Part shown: positions 22,890-34,700 of the stretch, piece after piece | Layout: every line of letters starts with the position of its first letter | Position numbering within the stretch: position 1 is the first letter of the stretch | Source: Ramazzottius varieornatus | Taxonomy: Eukaryota > Animalia > Tardigrada | NCBI GenBank assembly: GCA_001949185.1 | Contig: BDGG01000003.1 | Location: 1,987,663 to 2,051,662, forward strand | Direction: 5' to 3' | Length of the DNA stretch: 64,000 bases | Notes under the pieces: model-generated | Database searches by the model: none | What the model saw: only the letters and a program-made list of their open reading frames with translations | What the model was told of the DNA's origin: nothing | Position numbers and translations under genes: made by a program

Positions 22890-25800
22890 CCAGTCCGTAC
22901 CCATGACAAGATGATAGTCAGGAAGTTCATCTCTCCTGGTGGCGGCCCGTTTATGGCTGTCCGCATCAGCGCGTCCAAGCTTCGTACTGACCGGAAGTAC
23001 AGAAGCGACACCTAACAGCTGTTCCAGCTCCGAGTCTTCGTCTTCGAAGACGATGTGTCTTTCACGCAGAATGTTGTGCATGAGAATGACGGTTTCCTTC
23101 TTCCAGTAGACTGGCTCGAATTTTGTTGTAAACTGTTTTGAACTTGGTCCAATGTGCTAGAACGGTATGCAGGTTGAATCCATAGTATCGGGCCAGCACT
23201 CGTATGTGTGTATCGCCATAGCGTCCGTTGTCGCGAGGAATTTTGTTCAACTGGAACAGCCGGAAGTGTATCGTCGCTCCCGTTTCGGAGAAACGCAAGT
23301 TGAAGAATATGAGAAAATCTTGCAGTAGGTTCAGGGACTCCTTGCGGAAAGCCGTAAAAGAGTTGCCGTCATAGTCTGCAGTGAAAACAAGAAGAGGAAA
23401 AGCTTTGCCTAAATGTTACCGGCACGATCAATTGTTTCTTACCGTTAACTGGTGTACCGGTTGTTTTTGGACGCTCCTGAAAGAAGACTAGGCCATGTTG
23501 GAACTTGAGTTTGTCCTTCAACGCCGTGATACACGGCGGCTCGTTATGCTCCCAACTGTTCAGTACCTTGACGAACTCTTCCAGGGTATCATGTTAGTCG
23601 AAAACCCGGTAATCTTCTCTCTGGAGCCTCGCCGATAATTCGGATAGCTCAGCGAGGAGAACTTGAAGAAAGTGAAGAGTTAGGAGGAACTGGGTAGATG
23701 TGATAAAGTTGTAAAGGTTGGTCAACCGAGCTTTCATGGGACCACCTTCAGCCGCCAAGGTCACGGCCTGACCAATGTCTAAGACAAGTCCGTTGTAGTC
23801 GCAAATAATCGCTCGTATCGCGGCCTGCCAGAAGATCCATTACGCTTTGAAGTCTTCTTGTGGCTTTTGGGGACCTGCAGAACAGCAGCTCATCAGATGC
23901 ACAATCATGAACGAAACGTTAAACTGCGGGCATATCCCACATTGTGAGCTCCATTGCCCGTCAACGGTTTCACCGAACTGCCATTTTCTCTTATAGTGCA
24001 GGCACGTTTAATAATTATACGGTGCATGTGGGCGAAGATCATGGTCGAGCTAAATCCCAAATAACACGACACACACTTACGAGCTATCGATTGTTCGAAG
24101 ATTGTTCCAAGGCCACCTGAAGGTATTCCTGATTCGTTACGGAAAGTAAGCACTTTTCATGAGAGTATTGTTTCAGGGTGATACCCATAACGCACGACTG
24201 GGGAGCCCTCGGTAGAACTTGAACCATGCTTTCATGTGATCACAGAGCGTGGACAAGTGGGCAACGACTGAATGCCACAAAGCCATATTCTCGTAGCTCT
24301 TCCGCAGCATTCACTGTTAACGGCCCATTGAATGTTAGTACGTTCCCTAATAGATGGAATCGGCATTAACACTTGTGATACCGGGCAGTTTCGTGCTGGC
24401 AGAATACCGGGGGTACAACTGAGCTTCGCAGCCTTTTAACTGGCTGGAAGCACGCTGGAGGCGTGTACAGACCAATCACGGTAATCCCCCATGAAGTTGC
24501 GAATGTTACTGCGAAAAATTCAACGTAATGTTCCGCCACATGACCGGGGGTACGCCAATGTATTTCATTTTATTTTTCGCTACACTTATTTCGATTTCTT
24601 TTTGCTGCAATCTAAACAAACAACACTCTGCTTCGTTAATCTGTGCGCTGCAAAAACATGAACGTTACATGAGCCACAAACAATCATCGTTCTTCGCTCA
24701 GTCTTTCTGGGAAAGGGCAATGCGTAAAATGGCAATGCGTAAAATAGAAATCTGAAAAAATTGAATTTACTTCTTGCCACCTTGGCGGCGCCACCAGTGG
24801 TAGTATCGTTCGTGACGTCATGGACTGCGCCATATGTCGAAACACCACGAGCAACTTGCGATTTTTTGTCTGACCACTGGACAACCGCTAGTTGGGTGCT
24901 GGAGGTATAATGTTGTAAAGAAGTGAGTGTGAGTTGTTCTGAATTTTTTTCCAGCTGTTGAAACGCTTGGCGCGTGAAGGACAACCTGGAACATGTGTTG
25001 GGAGCAGTTTGCCCTCGAACCTTGTAAAAAACCGAGTTTTACCCCCCGGTATTATGAGTGTTAAACGATAGTGTACATTACTGCCACCGTACGTACTTAG
25101 TTTCCATATCTAGATGGGGATACAGTATGGCGGGCTTTGACTATTCCTCCATCATTGAATAAACCATAGGCCTGCGCTGCGTTATGCGAAGTGCGGCGCG
25201 GCCATCGTTATCGATGGATGCCAAACACACAGGGATGCCCGCTAGGGTCTCACTCCTCTAAATCTAAATTTACTGTCAACTACTCTGCGGTGGGCAATTC
25301 CATAGTGGGCGAGAGAGTCGTATGCGTAATCGGTCCCCACACCATTGCGTGTGGAGATAAGGCACCTGCTATAATAGAACTGTGCGCCTCTCCTTAGTTA
25401 GTTGTAAATTCGGGAACCAGGGAACTCAACCATAGGGGGCAGCGCATCGCCCACATACACTGTATAATGGTCAAGCGACTAGTGAATCACAGGAAGGAAA
25501 TGACGCTATCGAAAGTGGTTGGCCGAGTAGCCTCTGTCCTTTCATGTCTTGTATGCAAAGTAAGTTTGACACGGTCAGCTCTAAGCGGCTCATGTCGGAC
25601 CATATTTCAAAAGACAAAGGCATTGCCGTGTGTTCTGTGCGTGTTTGTAAGTTCGTGAGCCAGTTCGGTAAACAGCGTTCACAAATCTCCTACTTGAAAG
25701 CAGTCAGAAAGTTCGTGCTACCACTTTTCTTACCTGGAGTAGTACGAATAAATATCACGGACTGCGCCCTCGAATTTGATGGAAATAGCTCCTCTTTTCT

Positions 25801-26300
25801 ACCGTGTCGACAACTGTAGACGATGGGCAACGCAGTGAGTGGACATTATGAGTGGGAATTGGTCCGCAAGTCTGTTAGCCACTCCGTTAAGTCCGGGTAG
25901 TGCCGACGCACCGTCAGCTGGGAACCCAACCCACTTCCTGACCATGTAGTCTCGCTTAAGACCCAACCAGCTATTGGCCTGTGACGCGATTAAATCATCC
26001 AGTAGTGCGTCAGTGATGTCTGTAGCGCTTGTGGTCTTTGTCATCTTGACTAGTCCCCAAAAGAACGACACTGGGTCTCCATCGATCTCGACGCGAATGT
26101 ATATGATGAGGTTCTGCGAGCCACCACGGTCAGTGGACTCGTGGATCATCACACCGAAATGTGGTTGTGTCAGCCATGCCACCAGCATACAGCGCATCTT
26201 CATGCTGATGATTTTTCCAGCTGCCCACCGCGACATGTGTGAGTTTCCCATATCGCCGCCATATCTTTTAACTGCGTTCATGAATTCCGCATGAGATGAA
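22890..26300 (-). mobile_element. Decayed intron-containing hAT-superfamily transposase (ZNF862-like)
   Basis: FGVMIHESTD (catalytic D changed to H), FFWGLVK, VGFPADGASALPGLNGV, THCVAHRLQL (CxxH), SPKATRRLQ, FLLTLHFLQ...ELSELSARLQRED, and dimerisation-domain VLPVST / LDALMRTAINGP. Broken by stops, frameshifts and insertions. Confidence 0.85.
24407..25049. mobile_element. MITE nested in the hAT remnant
   Basis: TA|CCGGGGGTACAACT ... AGTTTTACCCCCCGG|TA; contains a 15-bp tandem duplication (GGCAATGCGTAAAAT twice). Confidence 0.6.
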
Positions 26301-27255
26301 TAACATACGCAGGAATACGCTTCAGTGTAGACAAATCAAAATACCACATTGGCATGATGAGTAAACGGATATTAACAAACCTTCATGGTATTCCTTGTTC
26401 ATCAATGTAGGAAGTACTTCTGGATGATGGGAAACGCTGTATTCCGAACTTTTCCCAATATCAATTGCTGCGGGCGCAGGTATTTTTCTCTCGCCGGCCA
26501 TGATTTCCGCGACGTATAGTGCGTAATCAAGAGAAATACATCACATATTGGACAAGGCGCTCCGGAAAGAAGGTTCGTTGAGCTGACAAATGATACTGTC
26601 CTTCGTCGTAAAAGGTTCTGTCCGCCTGAAACTTGAAATCATAGTAAATGGCAACGATATTAGCTCCACCGTGCTTATCTTTTAGGAAACTGCCACGACT
26701 GAATCGCGAGTACACTGAGACATTTGCTCTGTTTATAGTCTGCTGGTCGATAACCAAAAACTCTTGTATCTATAGCCCAGATAGTTGCATCTGAAACTGC
26801 AAGACATCGTTCTATGCACCTCACACTACCAAGGAGTATCCGTCAAGACGATGCTTGTAGATGCACAGATCGTGTCTCCCAACGTTGAATTCACTGATCA
26901 AAACTGGACATGGTACTAGCGCGTTAGCACACGTAGAAACGTGAGTTATTGAGAAATAGAAGATCATCGTGTAATTCGAGTTATAAGGCCCTGCTATCTT
27001 CAAATCCATAAAGAGCGTGAACCCATCTTGGAATTATGCGGCCGATTTTGAATGTATGGTTTACCGATACTGGACGTAGTTCTGCTACAAGCACGCACAT
27101 GCAGTTGCCCGGTGGTCAGACAAACAAAGAGGACAGGGTTGGGCTATCAAGATGTGTCCCGACGGTCCTTCTTTATGCTTCCATCCGTACTTCGTTCCTA
27201 TTTTAATGACATCGTTTGTGTATCTGCAGGCAAGCTTCGTACACGCGCCTGGCCT

Positions 27256-27378
27256 GATTGTTGGCGGCGAAAAAATTTCTGGCCACCGGCTGAAGGCGGT
27301 ATCTCCCCGCTTAACTGACGATTAATCGATGCGATGCCGCTTTCGGCTTGTGGCCAAATATTTTTTTCACCTATAATC
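27256..27378 (+). other. 123-nt imperfect hairpin, enriched in G-U pairs on the + strand
   Basis: GGCTGAAGGCGGTATC pairs 16/16 with GATGCCGCTTTCGGCT using four G-U pairs. The stem continues through TGGCCAC/GTGGCCA, A6/T7 and GATTGT/ATAATC. Confidence 0.6.
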
Positions 27379-27682
27379 ACGCTAGATGAGTGTACCTTGG
27401 ATGAACGTGCTTCTTGGGTTAAAAGGCACTACGAAGTGACAATCATGGCTTGTTGGAAAACCAAAAAGCAAACTTTGTAGAATCGAACCTAACTCTCTTG
27501 TGCGGGAGTCGGCGCGTTATCTTGGTGGACAGTCCGTATCATTATGAAGCGGATTCTATGGTAAGTTGGTCTCAGATGGACGCGCGTTTCATCAGCACTA
27601 CAGTGGTTTGCACTGAGAACTTGCTAGAAAATTAACAATTCAAAGCAAAATTAATTCAAAATTTGACTCGTAAACGGACGTA

Positions 27683-28327
27683 CACGCACGGTGGGGTAGT
27701 TTGGGCCAGTAAATAGTTTGGGCCAGACGGAAAAGACGGCAAACTTAGAGTTTGTATGGAAGCCAGAAACAAAAATCGGACTAATGTCGTAACGCAGTAA
27801 AATTCAACCGCAGAAAATTGTCTTGGACAATGGCCATCAGCTGATCAGCTGTTTTACTCTCACACTTCAAAGCTGCTGTGCATGGCTACTCGATTTTCTC
27901 TCGGAGAAGCCTTGGAATCGCTGAAAGTGTGCTCACCTGAGGAACCTTCCGCCTACCCTTTGTCGAATGCTGATGTGGGTACGCTCGTACCAGCTCCTCC
28001 AAAGAAACTTATTGGGTCGAAGAAAGTGCAGTAGGTTCGCTTCGCTGGTTGTGACGACTTTGATTTCTGATTGTGATTGTAAACAGAGATTTCATATCTG
28101 GAGTATCTTGTTTTCGTATGTGCTTATGGTGGGCTTGTTCCGGCGAAAAAGAATTTCAATATAAGTGTCATGCTTCGAGCTGCTCGTTCCGATACCCAGC
28201 ACGAACGTGCAGCAGTACTACCAGTAGTGCTCTTTTTTACACGAAGCAAGAAACTCCTGCCCGTGCCGCCGTTGCGAAACGGCCTGGCCCAAACTATTTA
28301 CTGGCCTAAACTATCCCACCGTGCGTG
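27683..28327. mobile_element. Tc1/mariner-type MITE (TA TSD); same family as 4168-4641
   Basis: TA|CACGCACGGTGGGGTAGTTTGGGCCAGTAAATAGTTTGGGCCAG ... CTGGCCCAAACTATTTACTGGCCTAAACTATCCCACCGTGCGTG|TA (about 44-bp TIR, 2 mismatches). Confidence 0.88.
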
Positions 28328-28708
28328 TACGTACGTCGTGCTGGTCGGCATAGATCGCTGTCAGCAGTACAAATCGCACGGGTGAGGTAAAGTTACGCAT
28401 TTGCAAGATGAGTTGCTCATGACGTCAGACGATCTGTTTGGTCGGCTTTGGCAACAGTTTAAGGTGGAAGTTGTGATTTCGTGAGATTATTTTTAGTCGG
28501 TTTGTGAATTGCGAAGGAGTGCAATCACCATTCTCGTCTTTCTCGGCCTGGACATTCGCAAATCCCTCTTCCCTTCCGTGCCTGTTGTTGTTCAAACCGC
28601 GTCTCTGATTTCTGTGGGTGTCAGGCTGCGGATCAAACCTTCTGTATCAGTTTTTCTCAAGAACGTACGGATGGAAATTGGGTGAGCGCTGTTGCATCAG
28701 CTGTGCTC

Positions 28709-31700
28709 ATGGATGGAGCAACGCTCGCGACGCACTTCAGCCAAGCCGAGTGGGATCTCGTTATTCAAAGCCTACCTTCTTCTCCTCCTGCCCGGATTCA
28801 GCAACAAGTTCCAACGGACACGTGGCTACGTCTCCAGCACGATCTGACAGCGGATATCCCTACTCGTCGTCCTCTTCCTCAGGTGGAAGATCAGCCGGTA
28901 GCTGACGAGTGCGCCACGGAGCCAGATGTCACGTCATCCAACGCTGCTCTTCCCGCCAGTGCCTATACAGTTCCTCAGCAACTCTTGCCCTATATCAGCA
29001 AGTACAACTTCGAAACTTGCAGGAGTACCTATTTTGTGAGTGGAGACCCTCTTTCGACGAAGGAAAATTTACAGAATGCTGTATTTTTCTTGCAGGAATT
29101 CTCCAGTGAACCGTCAACGGCGCAAAAGGCAAGTTTTCTCCAGGCTGACTACCCGGTTTTTCCCTGTAGTCTGTCGATAAGCTTCTACCCTCCTAGGCGT
29201 CTAGTTTGTCCAGGAGAACTGATCAGAGGTGTTTTGCAACAGCAGTGACCAGCAGGCGATTGAACTTCACTTGTTTATTTTGCGCAACAGGCACTTTAAC
29301 CGTCTACTGCAGCAGACATCGATGATGTCATTGTGACTTCGGGCTTTAACTGCAAGACGTCCGTTTCCGCCCCATTTCCACGACGCGCGGAAATATTTCG
29401 AGCGAACTGACTTTGGGGACTTTCAGGAACTTTTTTATTAAGTTTCTTGAAGCAGTCTTGTACAGTAAGCAAATGAGAGAGACAGGAACAGTCTAGGGGA
29501 TCTTGCGCCTGATTCCGTAGCAGAGGTGCTACTGTTCTCCTTGCTCTTTTTAACCTCGTTCAGAATACACTTTACTTGTGAAAATAGCTGGTCTTGTTAT
29601 TCTTGCAGGGAAAAATCACACCGTCAAAGTACCAGAAAGGCCTCACCTGCGACTTCCCACCTGACTACAAATGCAAAGTCAGTCCGTTTCCGGTGGTGAC
29701 AACATGCTCGACTTTCCCTGCCGACTGCCTTTGCGGGAGATGTGGCAGCATCGGCGACCACACAGTAAGTAGTTTCTTCTTCGGAAAGAAATCACATGTT
29801 TTTTTCATATTTCTTTCGATTATCGCTGTTTCATGCTCCCGCTTTTCTCGAGCCGGATAAAGTCATTTGTCTCTGTAGATGATCCATTGCCTGGGCTGCT
29901 GTCAAGCCTACCACGCTTTCTGCGCACATCTTCCCGAGTCGCTGGTCCATTCCCTCACTTCCTGGTACTGTCATCGATGCGCTGAATGCCGGCATTGCCA
30001 TGAGAAGGAAGTTTTTGGAAAGAAGTTTGCGTCGGACATCATCGAGACCTGTCATCGCTGTCACAGCCAGTATCATGTCCACTGCGAGAAGATTAACCAT
30101 TTTCTTGTGGTTTGCCGTGAGTCTTCCAAACAGACTAAGGTATGAACCTGACCGTTCAACTTGAGTGATCTGCAAACTGATTTTCAGTCTGGTGGAAAAT
30201 CTAAAGCTCGTCGCACAGAATCGATAAGATCATAACGTGAAGTGGCGCTCGATTTCAGTGATATTGGCTGAAAGCGGGAGCCACTTAGAAAAACGATCTT
30301 GTCGAGTTTGTTTGTCGAGCTCCTAATTAGTGGTGATTATTATTCGTATTTCCAGATTTGCCAGCGGTGCTTCTTCCAGTCGAACTGTCGGGGATGTAGG
30401 GCGCGTATAAGTCCCGAGGACATTCTGCGAGAATGTATAGGGATGAACGGTGAAGCGTGCTCGGTGTGTCGCCACACCGAAGAGTGGGATCTCTGTCGGA
30501 AGTGCCTGACCCTTCACCATGATGAAGAGCTCAAGCAGGTTGTCTGTGATATTTGTAAAGACTCAACGCACGTGAAATGCCTTCGTGATACAGGTAAGAG
30601 TTCTTTCTCCGTTCAGTTTCTAAAAATCGCGTTCTATCGTCGGGTCTAGTTTTTCGTGGCACCGTTTTGGTAACTCGACTTCTGGTTAGAGTGCGTTGAT
30701 GATTTTGCCCTTTGTAGATCTCCATCGTCTTTCTATTTCTACGGGAAGATTTATCTGCTGTGATTGCCAGAAGAATGTGATAAGTATGAAGAAGGAGGAA
30801 GTGTGGACGGAGAAAAGTGCCTTACAAATCATCGACCGTCTTCGCCACGATGTCCTGGTGTACATCAACGACTCTCTCGACAAGCCGAGAGTTCCCACGA
30901 CGGTCTTGTCGCACCTTGAGTCGGTAGACTCTCCACCTGCTTCCGAGCTGGACTCGGAACAGCTCAGCTCCGACAGTGGTTTCCAGTCCAACGGCGACAC
31001 CGAGGGTAAGTCATTTGGCTTGAGCTGACATTTTTATTATCTGACTGGACAGGAAGACTTTCGGCTATTCATGGCTCAAGACTTCCAACGTTGTGGTGTT
31101 TCCGGTAATCTGTATTTTTTGTTTGTATTATACAGGTGCTGCTGGTCTTTCCAGAGAGGGGTCAGATGTGTTGAACGTACCGCTCGAAGTGCCTTCTTCG
31201 ATCGAGCTCAGTCCCCGGCAGAAAAAGTCTATACGGCCCTCGGTAGCTGTCCAGACTACATCAACAGGACCTCTTGCTCGGCACTCAAGACCTCTGAGTA
31301 GCTTCGAGTAAGTTTGTAAATAATTTTTATAGTGGATAGAGTGAAGTGAGAATGTTAGTAATCCGGCCGTAAGTTACGCAGGCCTTGTACTTTCACTGGA
31401 TTTTCACAGACCTGCGTACTGACCGATTATGGTACGTGCGCGGTTCCCTGTATGTAGATGCTTGAGACATTGTGGCTCGTATTCAGTTCTGCATATCTTG
31501 TTGGGTCCTCGATAGTTTTCGAGGTCGCTGATGTGGGACTCTGCTGATATGTTTATCCTGTTGCAGGGACGATACATCGGTGTTGGTCCAGTCACTGTCA
31601 TTGACAAGCGCAGATGTGCCCGATCCCGTGTTCCTGCTGGAGGGAAGAGTGGTTCCTGTCCAGCCGGAAGTGCTTCCACCACCTCGAAAAGATTTCAGCA

Positions 31701-34700
31701 GTGTAGCTGAAGAACTTTCTATCCTTCTTCGAGAGCTCTTGGTTATCAGAAATGAGAAGGAGGTTTGTCTGTGGCCGATGACTTTCACTCAAGCCATCGA
31801 AGTTGCTCTAAGCAAGACCGATCTGCCTGTAGTTTTGAACCAGACGCTGAGATCGCATTTCAGTGACATGTGTGGCAGACTGACTTTACCGGTAAGAAAA
31901 GTTAGCCTGTCATTCAGAACTCCGTTGAGGAAGTATCCTAATCAGGACGTCTTTTCCAGAAGGAAGAGGCGTTTCAGGTCGGCAGAATGAAAAGAAGATC
32001 ACTTCCGGTTGGCACGATCTTCCCCATTGTCCATCGTGGCGACGAACCGTTGATCCTTCTGAGCGGCGCTTCTGAGCAGTCCTCCACGGGTACTTTAGAG
32101 TGCTTTGCGGTTGTTAGACTTTATTGACTTTCTTTGACTGTGTTGTTGCAGCTGAAGAAAGACGAAAGTCTGTCACTGCAGACCAACGTCTGTGCATGTA
32201 TTGCACGGTGGCCGGAGATGACAACGTCGGGTACGGTGGAAGAATTCTCAGTGTCGGTTATGACCTGTGGGCTCACATCGGATGTCTCAACTACGTGGCG
32301 ACGAAGAAGCGATACTTTGACTACGTCGTCTTCAAAGTAAGTTTGCTTTTCCACCACGAAGCGCGTCCCTATTGTACCAAATTTGTTCTCATCACCCATA
32401 AATATTATAGGTGACTAATATTGACTCGCTGAGGAAGAACGAGTGCGCTTCCTGTCCAGTTCGAATGGGTGTGATAACGTGCGCCATTAGCAATTGCCGG
32501 AACGCATATCATTTCAACTGCGCCATTAACGAGAAATGCTCCTTGACAGCTACAAACGGGGTTTGCAAAATTTGTCGAGTTTGTCTAATGGATCAGAAGA
32601 TACAGAATATAGTACGAAATGCTGACTTCAAATACAGTGTGACGTGGGGAAATGATTTGAACCATATCGGTTTTCCAAGTGGCACACGTTTCCGGCCTAT
32701 AACAATGGAAGCGTGCGCCACTCTAGATAGCGATCTGTTTTAACAGTTCGATAGTTAATCATCTACCCACGAATTGTTTGAAAGTGTTTCAAGTCGGGAT
32801 GGAAACGTTGTGAAGGAATAATAATGACACCCGTTGGTTTTTTTTGCAGGTTGTTTGTACGATACACAAGCACGCCATAGATGAAGTGACGGACATTCGG
32901 TTGCTTCGGGTCAACGACTTGGAAGAGTCATTCACCAATCTTCCAGTCTTCGTGAAAGCTCCTCCGTCGAACATCCGCAGTGTGGGTAAGTGCGACTGGA
33001 CTTCGGGCATACGGAAGGATGACGTGAAAGTCTACGTTGGTGGCGTCCATGTTGAGCAGCTCGGCAGGCTGGTTAGAGGATGGGATACGCAGGAAACTCT
33101 TCTTCCCTGTGGATACAAGTAACGTCAGACTTCTTCCCTTCTGAGTTGAGAGAGCAGGTTTATGGAAGACGAAACGTGTTCTTGTTTGTAGGATGCATCG
33201 TCTTTTCTGGAGCACGAAAGACCCTCGACTGTTGACGCGCCACACCTTCTTCACTATGGACATGAACCAGTCGCCGGAGCTGAAGGCGCTCATCTGCTCC
33301 ATTCTCGAACGAGAAGATATACCCGGTAGTTTTTTTATACCATGGAAAAAAGACGAATGTTACGAAATATAATTATGAATTCGCTAATATTTGAGAAAGT
33401 TTATTTCTGTCGAGCAAGAAATTCAAAAAGAATAACAAGGAGCTCACAAGATAGTTTTCCCAAGTGGCGCACGTTTTCACTGTTATCGGTCGAAGGGGTG
33501 CGCCACTTACGAAGACGATCTTGTCGAGCTCTCAGTTTGTGGTGTTTGATAATAATTTTGACTCGAATACCCGACTTTTACACGGCGTTTGTCAGATTTC
33601 GAGGTGCTCGAGAAGGTCAGGTCCGAGCGAGAAGCCGCTCGGCAAAAGGCTAAAGAGGAATCGGAAGTTGAAGTGGACGATTCGCCGACCTTCGACCTGG
33701 TCCCATCGGTCCGAAGGACTTCGGTGGACCAGGAAGTGTACATCGTGACTTCGGGGTCGGTGAACGCGACTACAGTCCAAAGAGACACACCGCTTCAGTT
33801 GAAGCCGGCACTCCACAAACCTGCTCCTGTGCAGAAAGCCCTTTCTTTGGAAGCGCCAGTTCGGCCTCTTCTTCCGAAATCATCTTTCCCGAAACCAGTA
33901 GAGATCGAGATACTGCCCGTGGTCGATTTCTCTGAACCGGCTGTCGAAGTGTTTCTCGACAGCGAGATGCCAGCCGAAGTGCCCGTCAACGATATGTACG
34001 GTATGGATCTCGATCAAGCCTCCTTTGTACAAAGTTTCTGTGGTGGTGAGGGGACATTACGTGCATGTTTGGTGTTCGTCTTTCTGTTTCGCAGAACTGA
34101 ATCCCATTCAGTCGTTAACGCTGCTTGTTCGCTTGTAGATGTCTTCGATCTTCCGGAAGAACTTCCGCCGCCGGTTTCGCACGAGAACGACACAGCGCCC
34201 GGTAAGACCAGTCTGCAGATCAAGCAAGAAATAGTGAAGGGTAGGGAGAAGGAACTGGAACGGAAATCCTTCAGTCCGGAGATCTACGGTCCACCTATCA
34301 TTCACCATAAGAAACCCGGTGGTCCTCGTAAGTCATCGTTGTGCTCCCCAGAATACTCACGCTGTCTTGTGGAACAGCTTTTCTGATTCCACACATCAAA
34401 ATTTAGTCTTACCCGAGTTACTTTTTAGCCACGCCTTTGGATGTCATTTCTAACATTCCCGGTAAACGACGACGAGCTGTGACACCTTTCCCGGAATCCC
34501 CACTTCTGTCTCAAGGTACGTCGCGTATTCCCGATAACTTTTTGTGTTTTTCATGTGGCTTCTTTGGTCAACCGCTCATGATTTGTACACGTGCATACGT
34601 ACTTGTCTTTTTCGAAACGTAGTAAATTTGTGAAGTAGGTTCTAAGAGACGTGTGAAAACTGTCGAACATTAGTAAAGAATCAAAATAGCTGAATTGTGA

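Noticed and set aside
25123-25463. Possible further nested MITE (TA-CAGT...ACTG-TA)
   Set aside because: Inverted similarity beyond the first few bases is weak.
20516-27607. ACCACTG (20516) and CAGTGGT (27601) as hAT terminal inverted repeats
   Set aside because: They face outward relative to the transposase and no 8-bp TSD is evident, so the element ends remain undefined.
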